Shown in pieces: positions 12,511-25,590 of a stretch of DNA of 53,777 nt (position 1 is its first letter; each line of letters begins with the position of its first letter). The notes under the pieces were generated by a model that saw nothing but the letters and a program-made list of their open reading frames with translations, had not been told where the DNA came from and made no database searches. The DNA is taken from assembly GCF_000181795.1 (NCBI RefSeq), contig NW_003526943.1, positions 1,366,487-1,420,263 of the forward strand. Reading direction: 5' to 3'. A program made the translations under genes and the position numbers. The DNA comes from Trichinella spiralis (taxonomy: Eukaryota).

Positions 12511-13672
12511 ATGCTTGCTGTGCTATTATTATTTACGTTCCATCAACCAGTAATAAGTAAGAATGTTTGTTGAATACGAAATACACTGGAGATCGATATT
12601 TAGATAGTTGCTGTTGAATGTGGCACGAGTCATGGTCCATTAAGTGTTGGTTCTTATATAACAGTGTTTTATACATCTACGATTGATGGTTTTTTTGTGG
12701 ACTGTGTTGGAATAATTGTTTCTTCCAATAGTAGTAATACAAAGAGTAAATTTGTACTGACCTCACGATATTGTTTGGAACCTGTGTATGAATTTATCTA
12801 TAAAACTCTCCTCTTAAAAACGAATGCATTTTAGGGAAGACTCTAAAACGGATGTACTTCCATTAAACTATTTTAAATATCAGTATTATCTAGATGGTTC
12901 AGAAATTGAAGATGTTTGGTTTCCTGATTCTGACGCAGATATAATAAGTGGTTTTTATTTGCCACCGATAAATTTAGCAATTGTAAAACTGAATCAAGAT
13001 CTCTATTTTAACAGTAAAGTTTCTCCTATTTGTCTACCAAATCAAGATGAGAAGCCTCCTGTCAATTCTTTATGTTACTATTACCAGTTTTATAATGGAA
13101 CAGATATATCGTATACTCCCATAAAAATGTCCATTTTATCTGATGCTTTTTGTCAAAGCGTGATTGGAATTCCACCATTTGATCCAAAAACTCAAATATG
13201 CTGTAAAGGGACCCAGAACTACTGGAATACACATGTTGATTATGTATGAACTATATGTTATTTGTACACTTTCTCAATATACTTTATTATTATTTAAGCT
13301 TTTCTTCAAAGTAATGCTGTCAAGAAATCATGAACATTAATGTAAAAGGCGTTATATCTTCAAATAATATAATATTTATAGAACATATATATAATCTTCA
13401 TGTAATTAACTTTATAATTATTTTTTTTGTTAGAAATTGAAATTCCCATTGCTTAATCTATTTTTTACTTGTAGAAACCAAGCTTTATTATGGAAGGCTC
13501 TCCTCTGATTTGCATAAAAAATAGCAAGCATTATCTGTATGGCATTTACAGCTGGTTAAAAATACAAAAGTCTGATTATCCTGTTGTAATTTTGACGGCT
13601 GTCTCCAGTTTTACAAATGTAACTTATGAGCATATGAATAATTTTGCTCCCAACTATGAAATTCCAGTCTAA
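12511..13672 (+). CDS. Secreted trypsin-fold serine protease homologue 1, catalytic triad absent
   Basis: Exons 12511-12549, 12604-12785, 12835-13243, 13475-13672. Motifs VLTSRYC (for TAAHC), INLAIVKL (for DIALLKL), VSPICLP and MEGSPLIC (for DSGGPL). Confidence 0.85.
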
Positions 13673-13734
13673 TGATGAAAATACATTTGTGATTTATGAT
13701 GATTTAAGCAAAATAAAACAATCAGGATTATGTA

Positions 13735-13872
13735 TATTACATACATTGTTATATTACATTACATTACATTACATTGCATTATATTATATTATATTATATT
13801 ATATTATATTATAATATATTAAATTATATTATATTATAGTATATTATATTATATTATATTATATTATATTAT
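13735..13872. repeat. (ACATT)n/(ATATT)n pentanucleotide microsatellite
   Basis: Direct reading of the sequence. Confidence 0.95.
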
Positions 13873-14634
13873 GTTAAATGATATTTGATTATAATCTCTT
13901 ATTNNNNNNNNNNNNNNNNNNNNNNNNNNNNNNNNNNNNNNNNNNNNNNNNNNNNNNNNNNNNNNNNNNNNNNNNNNNNNNNNNNNNNNNNNNNNNNNNN
14001 NNNNNNNNNNNNNNNNNNNNNNNNNNNNNNNNNNNNNNNNNNNNNNNNNNNNNNNNNNNNNNNNNNNNNNNNNNNNNNNNNNNNNNNNNNNNNNNNNNNN
14101 NNNNNNNNNNNNNNNNNNNNNNNNNNNNNNNNNCCATTGCATTACAATCGCCTTTAGCTAATCGTTAGAATATTTTCTGACAAACGGAAAAGCATTTAAT
14201 GCATAAATTTCATTTAATTGCTAGCTGAAACGTAATTTATTTGATGAACTGAAATAAATGAGTGTAAAACACTTTGAAAGCAAAAAGGAAGCGAAGGACA
14301 GCACGAAGCAGAATAGCAGTTAAAGCTGCTTCAAATTCACTCTGCAGTGGACATCACGTTCTTCGATGTTAGCATTCGTGCGCTATTTGTGTGTGATTAA
14401 TTTTATTCTGTCAGTATCAACAAAAAGCATTAGTGCTACAAGGAATATCAGAAGTTGATCTTCGATTGTAGATAAAATATAAAATGAAAACTAAATATTG
14501 TTGCAAAATGGTTATTTAAAATGAAATTCAAAACTGTACAATTTATTTTCACTTTTGGTGTTGCGTTTGCGTTCAGTGCTTTCCGTTCCAGAGTTATTCG
14601 AATCATTTTCTATTCTGTTCCTTGTTATTGCTCA

Positions 14635-14930
14635 GTACCCTGAGTTACATCTTGTACCAAATCATTACGGGATTTGGTCCAATTCGGTGGTATGGTAGGC
14701 AGGATATATAAATTAAAACGTGCCCGCAAACAGAAATATTGGAGATGTTCAAAAGTATGCGCTGAATGTACAGCATGTGTTCCTAGTTATTAACAATTAC
14801 TTTATATTGGTATAGGATAAAGAAGGCGGCGGGGGTGCAGTGTGGACAGATTTAGAAGTTCCGGCTGGGATTGATCGAAAAGATCACGTTCAAAATTGCC
14901 GGGTAGATGAGCACATGGCCTATATAGACT
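14635..14930 (+). mobile_element. Degenerate MULE/Mutator-type transposase N-terminal FLYWCH-like zinc-finger remnant
   Basis: Broken frames read PELHLVPNHYG..GRIYKLKRARKQKYWRCSK and KEGGGGAVWTDLEVPAGIDRKDHVQNCRVDEHMAY, a FLYWCH-type pattern (YKL..YWRC..H..C) with stops and frameshifts. Confidence 0.6.
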
Positions 14931-15209
14931 GATAAAAACTAAAAACTGAAAACTAAAAACTGAAAAAAACCCGTAAAAACTTGGGGTACAGATGGTACAT
15001 TTAAGGTTGTACCTCAATGATATGAATAGGATTTTACCATCCATGCCATTGTGGCGAGTAAGCTGGTGCCAGTAGTCTGTTGCTATGTACGGTTAAAGAT
15101 ATTGGCAAATAAGAGTTCATATTCCAAGCTTTAATAAACAAAGCGGCTGTCCTTAGCGTCAATCTTTATCCACAAACAATAATTTGTAATTTTGAAATCC
15201 CCCTGATAC

Positions 15210-15453
15210 CACTTTATTAATGTCGTTCACTGATATGTTGTTTACTGTTGTTGTTGTTAGTGCTGTTGGCTAGTGAAAAAATAAAAAATCACTATTTTAA
15301 CTTATTTTTTGTAATGTTTTTTTTCTGAATGATTACTATCGCATTCGATAGAGCGTCACTTTTACTACAATAATATAGAGGACAATGATAAAAATTATTT
15401 TTCAAAATACTGATACTAACAAAAGTATAGACTACATCACTAATAACATATTT
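15210..15453 (+). repeat. Dispersed repeat A, partial copy running into a gap
   Basis: Reverse complement of ~23695-23925. Confidence 0.85.
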
Positions 15454-16195
15454 NNNNNNNNNNNNNNNNNNNNNNNNNNNNNNNNNNNNNNNNNNNNNNN
15501 NNNNNNNNNNNNNNNNNNNNNNNNNNNNNNNNNNNNNNNNNNNNNNNNNNNNNNNNNNNNNNNNNNNNNNNNNNNNNNNNNNNNNNNNNNNNNNNNNNNN
15601 NNNNNNNNNNNNNNNNNNNNNNNNNNNNNNNNNNNNNNNNNNNNNNNNNNNNNNNNNNNNNNNNNNNNNNNNNNNNNNNNNNNNNNNNNNNNNNNNNNNN
15701 NNNNNNNNNNNNNNNNNNNNNNNNNNNNNNNNNNNNNNNNNNNNNNNNNNNNNNNNNNNNNNNNNNNNNNNNNNNNNNNNNNNNNNNNNNNNNNNNNNNN
15801 NNNNNNNNNNNNNNNNNNNNNNNNNNNNNNNNNNNNNNNNNNNNNNNNNNNNNNNNNNNNNNNNNNNNNNNNNNNNNNNNNNNNNNNNNNNNNNNNNNNN
15901 NNNNNNNNNNNNNNNNNNNNNNNNNNNNNNNNNNNNNNNNNNNNNNNNNNNNNNNNNNNNNNNNNNNNNNNNNNNNNNNNNNNNNNNNNNNNNNNNNNNN
16001 NNNNNNNNNNNNNNNNNNNNNNNNNNNNNNNNNNNNNNNNNNNNNNNNNNNNNNNNNNNNNNNNNNNNNNNNNNNNNNNNNNNNNNNNNNNNNNNNNNNN
16101 NNNNNNNNNNNNNNNNNNNNNNNNNNNNNNNNNNNNNNNNNNNNNNNNNNNNNNNNNNNNNNNNNNNNNNNNNNNNNNNNNNNNNNNNNNNNNGT

Positions 16196-16683
16196 CGGGT
16201 AGTGAAGCATAAAGATCACTACTACATATTTTTGTATCGTTTTTTCTGAATTATTACTATCGCATTTGATATAACGTCACTCTGGTACAATAAAATAGAG
16301 AATAATGATAAAAATTATTATTGAAAACGTTTATCACGAAAAAGTATAAACTTCACTAATAATATATTGGAAAATCAAAATGTCAATGAATGATAAAACT
16401 TATAAATCTCGATTAAAACAATTCTCAAATAAGAAATATTTTCATTATTAATGTTACATCACCACTCTTAAAGTTACGTAATCCTAAATGGAATATTTGA
16501 ACCAATGAAATGAAGAACATTACAGCTAATCACGACTGCAGAGTTTGAATCAATTAGAAATTAGACAAAGAAAACCAATAAAACAACGGCACGAAGGTCC
16601 AATAAAATAGGGAGTTCAACGACCAGTAAAATTGGATGGTGAAAATTTGTCCCGAAATCGACCATCCCAAGTCCACCTGTTAA
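16196..16683 (+). repeat. Dispersed repeat A, diverged copy ending at TTAA
   Basis: Similar to 15270-15450 and inverted to 23440-23880 and 53180-53470. Confidence 0.8.
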
Positions 16684-17151
16684 AGTTCTACTTTTGTAAA
16701 TATTATTTACTTGTTTATTTATCGTTTTTACAATATTTATTATATACAATTTTTACAATATTAGTACAGAAATATAAATTTTTTAAATAAAATACAAACT
16801 AATTTAACAATATGCAGTGTACAACACAACAGACAATAATGTACTGATTTTTTTAGTTTGCATTGAAGATACTGAACACTTATCAAAATCTAATCATTGA
16901 AACTGTTAATATTCTTAAGTGCAAATTTTATTTATTGTTTAACTAACATCTAAATTTAGTAGCCTAAAATAAAGCAGACTATTAATTGCCTCTACGAACT
17001 TTGCTATTTTTGCATGATTGAATTTGCCAAATGCGATACTATTTTAATGATTTCCACAAATAAATTTCTTCCTATTAGAGGCAATGGCAATTATTTATTG
17101 CGCATCAAAGATAATAATTCATTATTATTAATGTGAGATATTATCATAAAT

Positions 17152-18542
17152 ATGAATTTTCAGCTATTATTAATTTTCAGCGCCAGTCTATCTGTAACTG
17201 ATTTTACAACTAAATATGAAATGTTGCTTTAAATTTTGCTTGTTTAGGTTGAATCTCTTTTTTGCGGTCCTGCAAATCATGTAGAAGATATTGGATCATA
17301 TACAGTCGTATTCTATGGTGAAACAAGTGAAGGAGTGTTTATTGACTGTACGGGGATGCTGATACCTTCTCTAAATTCTAATGAAACGCACATTGACACC
17401 GTAATTACCACCCGATACTGTCTGCAATCTGAGTATTAGCATTAGATGCAAGCAAAAAATATTCATTCATCCATATGATTCATTTCAGAAATCATAATAA
17501 TATCAAAGTTTTGCCAATGATTTTATTCCAACTAATGGGTCCACACGGAAATAACAAAATTTTACGCATTTATCTTCCTAATAAAAATGTCACACGTCGC
17601 TCAAAAACACAGCCACAGCCAAATATCGCGATTGTTAAACTTCGAAATTCATTTCGCATCTCTTCATACTGCTTGCCACTATGTTTGCCAGAACAGAATG
17701 AAATGCTGTCACCAAGTATTAGCAACTGCATATTTTACCGATTTGCAGAGTTTGACTACGTAATCTCATTTTTGGCTTTAAAAATGAATATTTTGTCACA
17801 TCAGCAGTGTAAAAGCACTATCAGAAATGTTAAAATTGATAGCTCATCTCAAATATGCGGTGAAGAGCAGAGCAATGACACCGAATTGGATACAGATTAT
17901 GTATGCACATTTCCTATTTGAAGTTAAAATATCTTAATTTCAGTCTAGAACTTTTCAAAAATTCAGTTTATTTTTTATCTATTTTTATATTTATTTACTG
18001 TGTTCTATTTTTTGCATTTTCATTTCTGCATTTGAAAGCTAAATTTTGAAAATTTATTACCCCATTTATTTATCACTTCATTTTATTACTTTATTCAAAA
18101 TATTCAAAATGAAGAAAAATGCAACTAATGTACATGGACATAAGAAAACTGTGAAATCATCATTAATGCTAATTATTATCAAAATTATAACATATATGCA
18201 GGATTAAAAATTATTAACTGATAACAATTACTACAATTAACAAATTAAAATAGATACATAGTGTAAAATATATCTCAGTTCTGTACTTTCATTAATTATT
18301 TTAATTTCAAATATTTTTTGACTGTAATGCATTTTTTCAATTTTTAGCACAAAGATATGATTCTTGAGGGCTTTCCTCTTATTTGTTATAAAAATGAGAA
18401 GGCTTATTTGTATGGAGTACAGGACTGGCTGCGGACAACAAAAGCAGGTGAAAACTATAAACCTGTGGTGCTGTTCACTGCTGTTTCAGCATTTATAAAT
18501 AGTATTAATCTATTTTTAAATGATTCAATTGCCGATATTTGA
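17152..18542 (+). CDS. Secreted trypsin-fold serine protease homologue 2, catalytic triad absent
   Basis: Exons 17152-17193 (MNFQLLLIFSASLS), 17248-17432, 17489-17900, 18348-18542. Motifs VITTRYC, PNIAIVKL, LPLCLP and LEGFPLIC. Confidence 0.85.
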
Positions 18543-19049
18543 AGTCGCTTTACGTTTTCATAAAACTGTACAATTGTTATATGACTTGCCTGAATTTCAT
18601 GCAGATATGTCCTTGATATTGCGTGAATCAATTTTCATTGCACAAATTAAAGTTTATGAAAATAAATTGTATTGCATTTAAGAATTATTTCATTACCGAC
18701 ATTGCCAAATTATATTGAAAAGCAATTCAGATCGATGAAAATTTATTCATTTATTTCAAAGTTTTAAAATTAATTAAAAAAATCTTACATTTTTTAAAAA
18801 TATCTAAATAAAATGGATGCCTAGCATTAAAATTTATAAATATTGCACTAACTCAAAATTTTAATTGATATTAAAGCTCTGTAACTTAATATTCTTTGAG
18901 GTTTTTTAATGTAGACTTTGGAAGTGCATACTTTCTAATATAGAACAATGCAATGAAAAGTACTATAAACTCAAGGCTTAATATAGTATTTCAAAGCTCT
19001 CAAAATTCTGCTTTGTACGTTTTGATTGCATATCTTCTCATGTTGTTAC

Positions 19050-19090
19050 ATACCATATCATATCATATCATATCACGTCACATCATATCA
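19050..19090. repeat. (ATATC)n microsatellite
   Basis: Direct reading of the sequence. Confidence 0.85.
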
Positions 19091-19531
19091 TGTGTGTCAA
19101 TGTTACATTACAAAAACATTGCTGAATTATTTTTATTTATTACTAATTCAAAATTTTATTTAAAATGCATTTTAATATAGTTTTACTCTACATTATTAAT
19201 ATTATTGTTCAGTATTTCAAAATTCACGTGCAAAACTTCTAAGATACACTGATAAACATGGCCTTATTTACAGAATATGAATTCAAAATGCCAATAGTGA
19301 AATATAATACTAGTATAATGTGTTAAAATTAATCATTTTATTTGTTAACTAGATTGCCATAGTTTGATATCAGTTTGATTTATAACTAATAACAACTACT
19401 TTGATGATAAACAAATGTTTAACTAAAACGTTTATTTTACATGTGTCACTCACTCTTTTAATTTGCTTCAGCAACTAATAAATAGCTTAATGATAAATGG
19501 CACTACTACCACAAGGATAGTATTTATTGCC

Positions 19532-20932
19532 ATGAAGCTCTTTTCGTGCGATGCAACTTCTAAAGAGAAAATATGTTGCCTTTCAACAAAACAAACTTTC
19601 ACATTTTTATTCTTAAGTTTTTGCTTCTTTATGGCTCGAGTATTATTTTTATTTCTTCATTTTATAGATCACCTTAGTTCGTATTATTTTCAGAAATCTT
19701 CAGCGTTTTGTGGTTTAGAATATGATATTGCTTCGAGTGATTCCTATTTAGTTCTTTTCTATGGAAGGACTCAGGAAGGAATTTTTCTAGATTGTGTTGG
19801 AGCCATAGTTCCTTCAAATACAAATCATTCATATTCTGACACAATTATTACCTCGAGAAATTGCATAAACCCCAAGTTAGTACAGTGATGGCTGAAGCAA
19901 AGGTTATTTGCACTATATTATCTAACTTTAGTGAAGTGAATAGCACAAGAGTTTTGCCATTTCTCAGTTACAATCATGATAACTATACTGATGGTTACAA
20001 GATTCATCGTGTTATCTTTTCAACACACAACAGCAGCAGTGGAAGAGTGCGAAAGCAAAACATTGCTGTAGTAAAGCTGCAATCTGCCATTGCGTTTAGC
20101 CCCAGTGTATCTCCGTTATGCTTGCCGAATGAAGGTGACTTTCTGACAGAAGATTCTGAGTGCTCATTTTTTGAAATTTATCAAGTTACCAGTGATGTAA
20201 TTCTTTTTTCATTTACAATGAAAATTCTTTCTATTGCTGAATGCAGCAAATTTCTTGAAACTTATCCATACCAAGGAAATGAAAAAATCTGTGCAAAAGA
20301 AGCAAATAATCTCGTACAAAGCTTATCATCAATGACTGTAAGTATTATAACAAATTATTGGTCAAATAATAATATTTTTACAACTTATTTAGTGCACCAC
20401 ATTATATAATATTTGAATCATTTTTTCATTTTTCAATTTATAAAAGTTTATGTTATAAAGCTTATCATGCATTATTCTTCATAATTTCTTCCACTTAAGA
20501 TTTCATTGCATGAAAATTCAAAATTGTATATCACAAAAGTATGCAAATAAAAGTTATTTTTTATTTTAAACAAAAAACTACATTCAATGCGCAGAAAATA
20601 CTTTTGAAGAAGTTTTTAAATTCAAAAAATGGAAAAAATTAGAACACTGTCAGAGTGATGTTAAATTTTGTAAAAATTTGGCTATGAAAAACTGGGTATT
20701 TTAGGCGTTTTACATGGTTGACGAAGGAATACCCTTAATCTGCACTGTTGAAAACATTCATTATTTGTTTGGAATTAAGGATTGGACGAAGATCTTCAAG
20801 CCAAACAGACATTTGCCACCACTTGTTATATTTTCTGCTCTTGTTCCGAATCTAAAAATTATAAATAATTTTGAGACTTTACTAAACGATACCAGCAATA
20901 CTACTTTAAGCGAGGGTGTAGTGCTTACTTAG
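19532..20932 (+). CDS. Secreted trypsin-fold serine protease homologue 3, catalytic triad absent; start uncertain
   Basis: Exons ~19532-19639, 19694-19875, 19932-20337, 20705-20932. Motifs IITSRNC, QNIAVVKL, VSPLCLP and DEGIPLIC. Confidence 0.8.
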
Positions 20933-21043
20933 AATATAAACTGCACAAATTAATATAAAATTTAATGTTTTCTTTATATATGTTTCAAAAACATTTTTCG
21001 ATCTTGCAATTTAAAAATATTTGATATGCATTGCATACGTAGT

Positions 21044-21100
21044 ATCATATTACAACATATTATCATATCATATCATATTATATCATACCATATCATATTA
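21044..21100. repeat. (ATATC/ATATT)n microsatellite
   Basis: Direct reading of the sequence. Confidence 0.85.
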
Positions 21101-21169
21101 TGACATTTCTATAGTTAAATGATATTTACCTTTTTAATGTTTGTACACCGTAAATTAAATTTACATTAA

Positions 21170-21800
21170 CTCTCACCCGGGCGGTAAATTTTACACCTTA
21201 ATCCGGGCACCTGTCTACATATGTAAACACTAGAAGTTTCGTCATGTTTAATCCCTGTACATGATGTTAAAATAATTATTTCTTCAAGAACTAATGATAA
21301 TTTTACAAATAGATTATTCATTTTATTCAATGCAAGCGCTGCACGATATTTTAGTGATTTTATGGCTGTTAAGTATATATTTTTTACATGAATGGCAGCG
21401 GTTTCACGTTGATTTTCGACCTTCCTTCGACGTCCTTGCTCACGGCGTTTTCATGGATTTTGTCGTTTTATAACTGATATCTGTAACATTTATGATTTTT
21501 GGGCAGTCCGTAGAGGAAGAAGGCATCTTTTTTGTTTGACCATAGATTTTTTAATATTTATACCTTGTTTCGATGTTTTGTTTGGCCAGCTGAGCTGATA
21601 GCTCTTTCATAAAATGCTTCTTTGTCATCTTACAACTTTGCTGGGGGCTCATCAGTAAGAATGCGTTGTTGATGCACACGTCAATGATGAGGCACAACAT
21701 CAGAATGGTCTATCCATTGGTCTTTCTTTTGCCACAAAATCTTATATTCTTGCATCCATGCTATCCATGCCCCTTTTGCCAAAATTATAGCCATTTATGA
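21170..21800 (-). mobile_element. piggyBac family B, 3' end and decayed transposase C-terminus
   Basis: TTAA at 21166-21169. Colinear with 51438-52050. Minus-strand YNFGKRGMDSMD relic of the YNxxKGGVD motif. Confidence 0.85.
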
Positions 21801-21960
21801 CGGTGCTTCTCAAACTTTTCTGGGCTGCAACCCACTTTCGAAAACGGTAATTTTTCGAGATCCACCTGCTTTCAATGCATATTAAAAAAAGAGGGGTTAA
21901 ACAAAAAATATCAGTTTAATACTTTAAATTTTTTAATGAACAAGCTGTAAAACGGGTTCT
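21801..21960. mobile_element. hAT (Charlie/Buster-type) terminal fragment interrupting the piggyBac
   Basis: Starts CGGTGCTTCTCAAACTTTT, resembling the CAGTGGTTCTCAAACTTT terminus of hAT-Charlie elements, exactly where similarity to the 51-52 kb copy stops. No partner end found. Confidence 0.5.
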
Positions 21961-22530
21961 AAATCGTTTTGAATAATCGATCGTCAGGTTCTTCTGACTA
22001 TCTAGTGTCAGAGAGCCAATTCAGAATTCAGTGCGCTCAAAATCGTTCACCACCCTGGATGGTAGATCAAGTAGTTTTCAATTCGTACTACTTCGACGTC
22101 CGTATCGAGTATCAGCGTCTTTCCTTTCCACTGATACTGATCAAATCAGTCTTCTTCGTTCTGGTGATTCCTGTTTTCACACACAGTATCAGCATTGTAT
22201 CCAGAAATCACACAAGTTCCGTCTTTACGCAAACTCCTTGATTCAAGCAAGAAGTACACGATCGTCTTTGTTTACGTAACTGCTTACGCAAACAGTAAAT
22301 TCAAACGAGCGTACAACTGTACCTTCGTTTCCTTACGCGGTAACTGTAGCAACAGTAACAGTTGCACTGAGTCAACAATAATTGATGGAATCAAGTTTTA
22401 CTATCGTCCTAATTTCGTCCAAAATCAATAAGTTTGTTGTCAATATTTTTTTATACAGTATATTACAGTAAGAATTTGGGCTAATCAAGATACCTGTTGT
22501 TATCACTGTTCACAACAAAAGCCTAATTAA

Positions 22531-23356
22531 CCTCTATCTACCCAAACTTTTTTGGTGCATGTGCAAGTGCTGTAAATCTTGATGACACACACATGGGTTC
22601 TAATTAAGAAAATATTAGAGCTAGACATGTCTGGCACTACTCCTTATGGAATTATGGCATGTTCCATTTAGTGAACATTGGGCGGTTCTCGACAAAAATG
22701 CTCGACACGTAGAAACACTACTTCTATTGATCAGAGAACGGAGATCTTGGTATGAATAGGTAGCGACACTTCGATTTATGGTTGATTTTATTTCTGACGA
22801 TGGTAAATTTCAAAGCATTGCTTTCCTCGCTGCGCGCGTAGTCGAACGTTGCATGTTTTACACATATTCTTGGTATTTCGTTTGCATACTTTGCAACGTC
22901 CCTGTGGTCCTGTACCAATAATATGGTTTACGCCATCGAAACGGATGTCAGGCAATTGTGACATGAAACCTGATGCCACTCTTGGTGTCGCTGTTCGTTC
23001 TGACTGCAGCAAGCTCAGGACCATATGTCGACGGAGCTCTAAGTGACTGAGTGGTCTTTCTTCTACGAAGCAGTGAATCCACCAAGCAGCCACTGTAACA
23101 ATGTTCACCGCATTGATAAACAAAGGCCAGTACCATTTTTCGTTTCTTATTGTTGGACGATATGCAGCAGCAAGTCTATCAAGAAGGTTAACCCCTCCCA
23201 TACCAGTGTTATACGATCTTACAGTGTTCGGCATTTGTACTTCAATTCGTTGGCCTTTCACTCGTCGTTGCGTATTGCGCAGCGGGCTGTGTGTCATGAA
23301 GTTGCTGGCGATTCTGACGATGGAATTATCATGCCATTTTGCTATATAAACGGTTT
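22531..23356 (-). mobile_element. piggyBac family C (PGBD2/PGBD3-like) transposase C-terminal half plus 3' end
   Basis: ORF 22788-23396 contains KWHDNSIVRIASNF, YNTGMGGVNLLD, RPTIRNEKWYWPLF and the Cys-rich GRCKVC..CKTC. Candidate terminus TTAA-CC at 22527-22532. Palindrome GTTCCATTTAGTGAAC at 22661-22676. Confidence 0.88.
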
Positions 23357-23930
23357 GGTCCCACTTGGGCTCAATTTTGTTCCCATTCGGTCCCACTTTT
23401 CATTTATTGGTCGTTGTCCTCGCTATTTTATTATTGGTCGTTGACCTCGCTATCTTATTAGCCCGTAAAGTCTTTGTCGTATTGGTTTTCCTTGTCTAAT
23501 TGCTCATTGATTCAAATCTTTCTCTTGTGATTAGCTGTAATATTTTTTAATTTCATTGGTTCAAATATTCCATTTAGGATTACGTAACTTTAATAGTAGT
23601 GACGTAACATAAAAAATGGAAATATTTATTGTTCCAAGATTTTATTGTCTGTTTGAATTGAAGTTTCGTCATTCATTGAAATTTTGTTTATTTAAATATA
23701 TTATTTGTGGTGTAGTCTATACTTTTTTTATTATCAGTATTTTTGAAAATAATTTTTATCATTATTCTATATTTTATTGTACCAAAGTGACGTTATATCA
23801 AATGTGATAGTAATCATTCAGAAAAAAAACAATACAAAAAATAAGTTAAATAGTGATTTTTATTTTTCACTAGCCAACAGCACTAACAACATCAGTAAAA
23901 AACAACAGTGAACGGCATTAACAAAGAGGA
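23357..23930 (-). repeat. Dispersed repeat A, most complete copy
   Basis: Inverted matches to 9292-9516, 15210-15453 and 16196-16683. Direct match to 53210-53480. Confidence 0.85.
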
Positions 23931-24035
23931 AACAACGAAAAGGAAAAAATTAAATAATACAATACAATGAAATAAAAAACTAATATAAATAAGCGGTGGC
24001 CAGGGGCATTTTTATCTTCTTCCTTGTTTCTTCTT

Positions 24036-24878
24036 CGGTCTATTACCGATTTCCCTCCTGATATATAAATCTGCTTCCATTTTTTGTACATAAATTTGTT
24101 GCCTGTTGAAATTTATCAAGATTGGATGTTAACTTCCGGGTGTAATGTCAGAATACTGAACAATCTGTTTGAAAAATCTGGAATGTTGTAGCAACACTTT
24201 TAATTTCCGGGTTACAAATGGCACTAATGCTAACGTTACGCGTTAGCTCGCAATTTCACTTAATTTTACGCTTGATTTCTCGCATATGCCTTTGTCAAAT
24301 ATTGTTCGCGTTTCTCGTCACATCACATTTGTTGGTAAAGGCGATTTTAATACAAAGAGAAAATGCGCAATTGACAAATTGTTCACAGTTGCAGCTTTCA
24401 AGCTAAACCAAGGAGTGACAACTACTAAATNNNNNNNNNNNNNNNNNNNNNNNNNNNNNNNNNNNNNNNGAACAGCCAACAACGGTCTAGTACAGATTTC
24501 CCTCCTGATATATAAATCTGCTCCCACTGTTTGTAAATAAATTTGTTCCTTGTTGAAATTTATCATGATTGGATGTTAACTTCCGGGTGTAATATCAGAA
24601 TACTGAATAATCTGTTTGAAAAATCTGGAATGTTGCAGCAACACTTCCAATTTCCGGGTTACAAATGGCACTGATGCTAACGTTGCGCGTTAGCTCGCAA
24701 TTTCACTTAATTTTTACGCATGATTACACGCATATGCCTTTGTGAAACATTCTTCGCTTTTCTTGTCACATCACATATGTTGGTAAAGGCGATTTTAATA
24801 CAAAGGAAAAATGCACAATTGACAAATTGTTCGCAGTTGCAGCTTTCAAGCTTGACCAAGGAGTGACAGCTACTAAAT
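24036..24878. repeat. Two tandem copies of a ~450 bp repeat unit B
   Basis: 24036-24430 and 24483-24878 are colinear with scattered substitutions. A third copy lies at 53480-53777. Confidence 0.9.
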
Positions 24879-25590
24879 TGTTAGCATCTGATTAATTTCT
24901 TGATTTTACTGGGAGTGTACTATTTAAATCTTTATTGTTTGCAATCCAAAAATTTTACTTTAATATTCACAAAGTTTCTTTCATTATGAAACATCCATAT
25001 ATGTATTTTTATACATGTCGATTAGTTTTGCTGTTTGTATGAAAAATTATGTTTGACATTCATACATTTCATATAAAATACAGTCAAACTTGGTTAAATG
25101 CATAAGATTTATAACATATATTGCATTTTGCATAATTCTTTCGAAATTCCATGCTCACTTAACGAACTTCAAATGTAATTTGAAATGCAACATCAAACAG
25201 ATCAGCTACATCATAGGCGCTGCTTTTGATGCGGAATGTTTAAATATTTCATTATCATTAAAGTATATACACTGAAAGTTTGCAAATGGAAATGAGAATA
25301 GATGGCAATTTAAGTGTTCACCAACGCACTACCACCACTTTTGTTCAGATGTTCAAATAGAAAGTTTACAATTTGCACCAAATATATAAAACTAAATTTG
25401 CTTTTTGATTTGTAAATAATATTGAAAATTTTTAATTATTTATTTAAATAAAATATACGAAGGAACACAATAACTTTGGTGAACAGGAGCAAAAGAAACA
25501 TTGGAAAGATTGAAGATAAAATTCGTTTGCAAACCAGAAAAATTTTCAGAGAACAGGCAGGAAAATCAGAAAAGTATTTCNNNNNNNNNN

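Noticed and set aside
13864..16219. ORFs spanning N runs
   Set aside because: Artefacts of assembly gaps.
21969..22431. Three overlapping short ORFs in a GC-richer patch
   Set aside because: No motif recognised. Probably nested transposon debris of unknown class.
22788..23396. Domesticated or active piggyBac transposase
   Set aside because: Only the C-terminal half is present, the GGVD Asp is Asn, the Cys-rich-domain His is Arg, and the N-terminus derives from repeat A.
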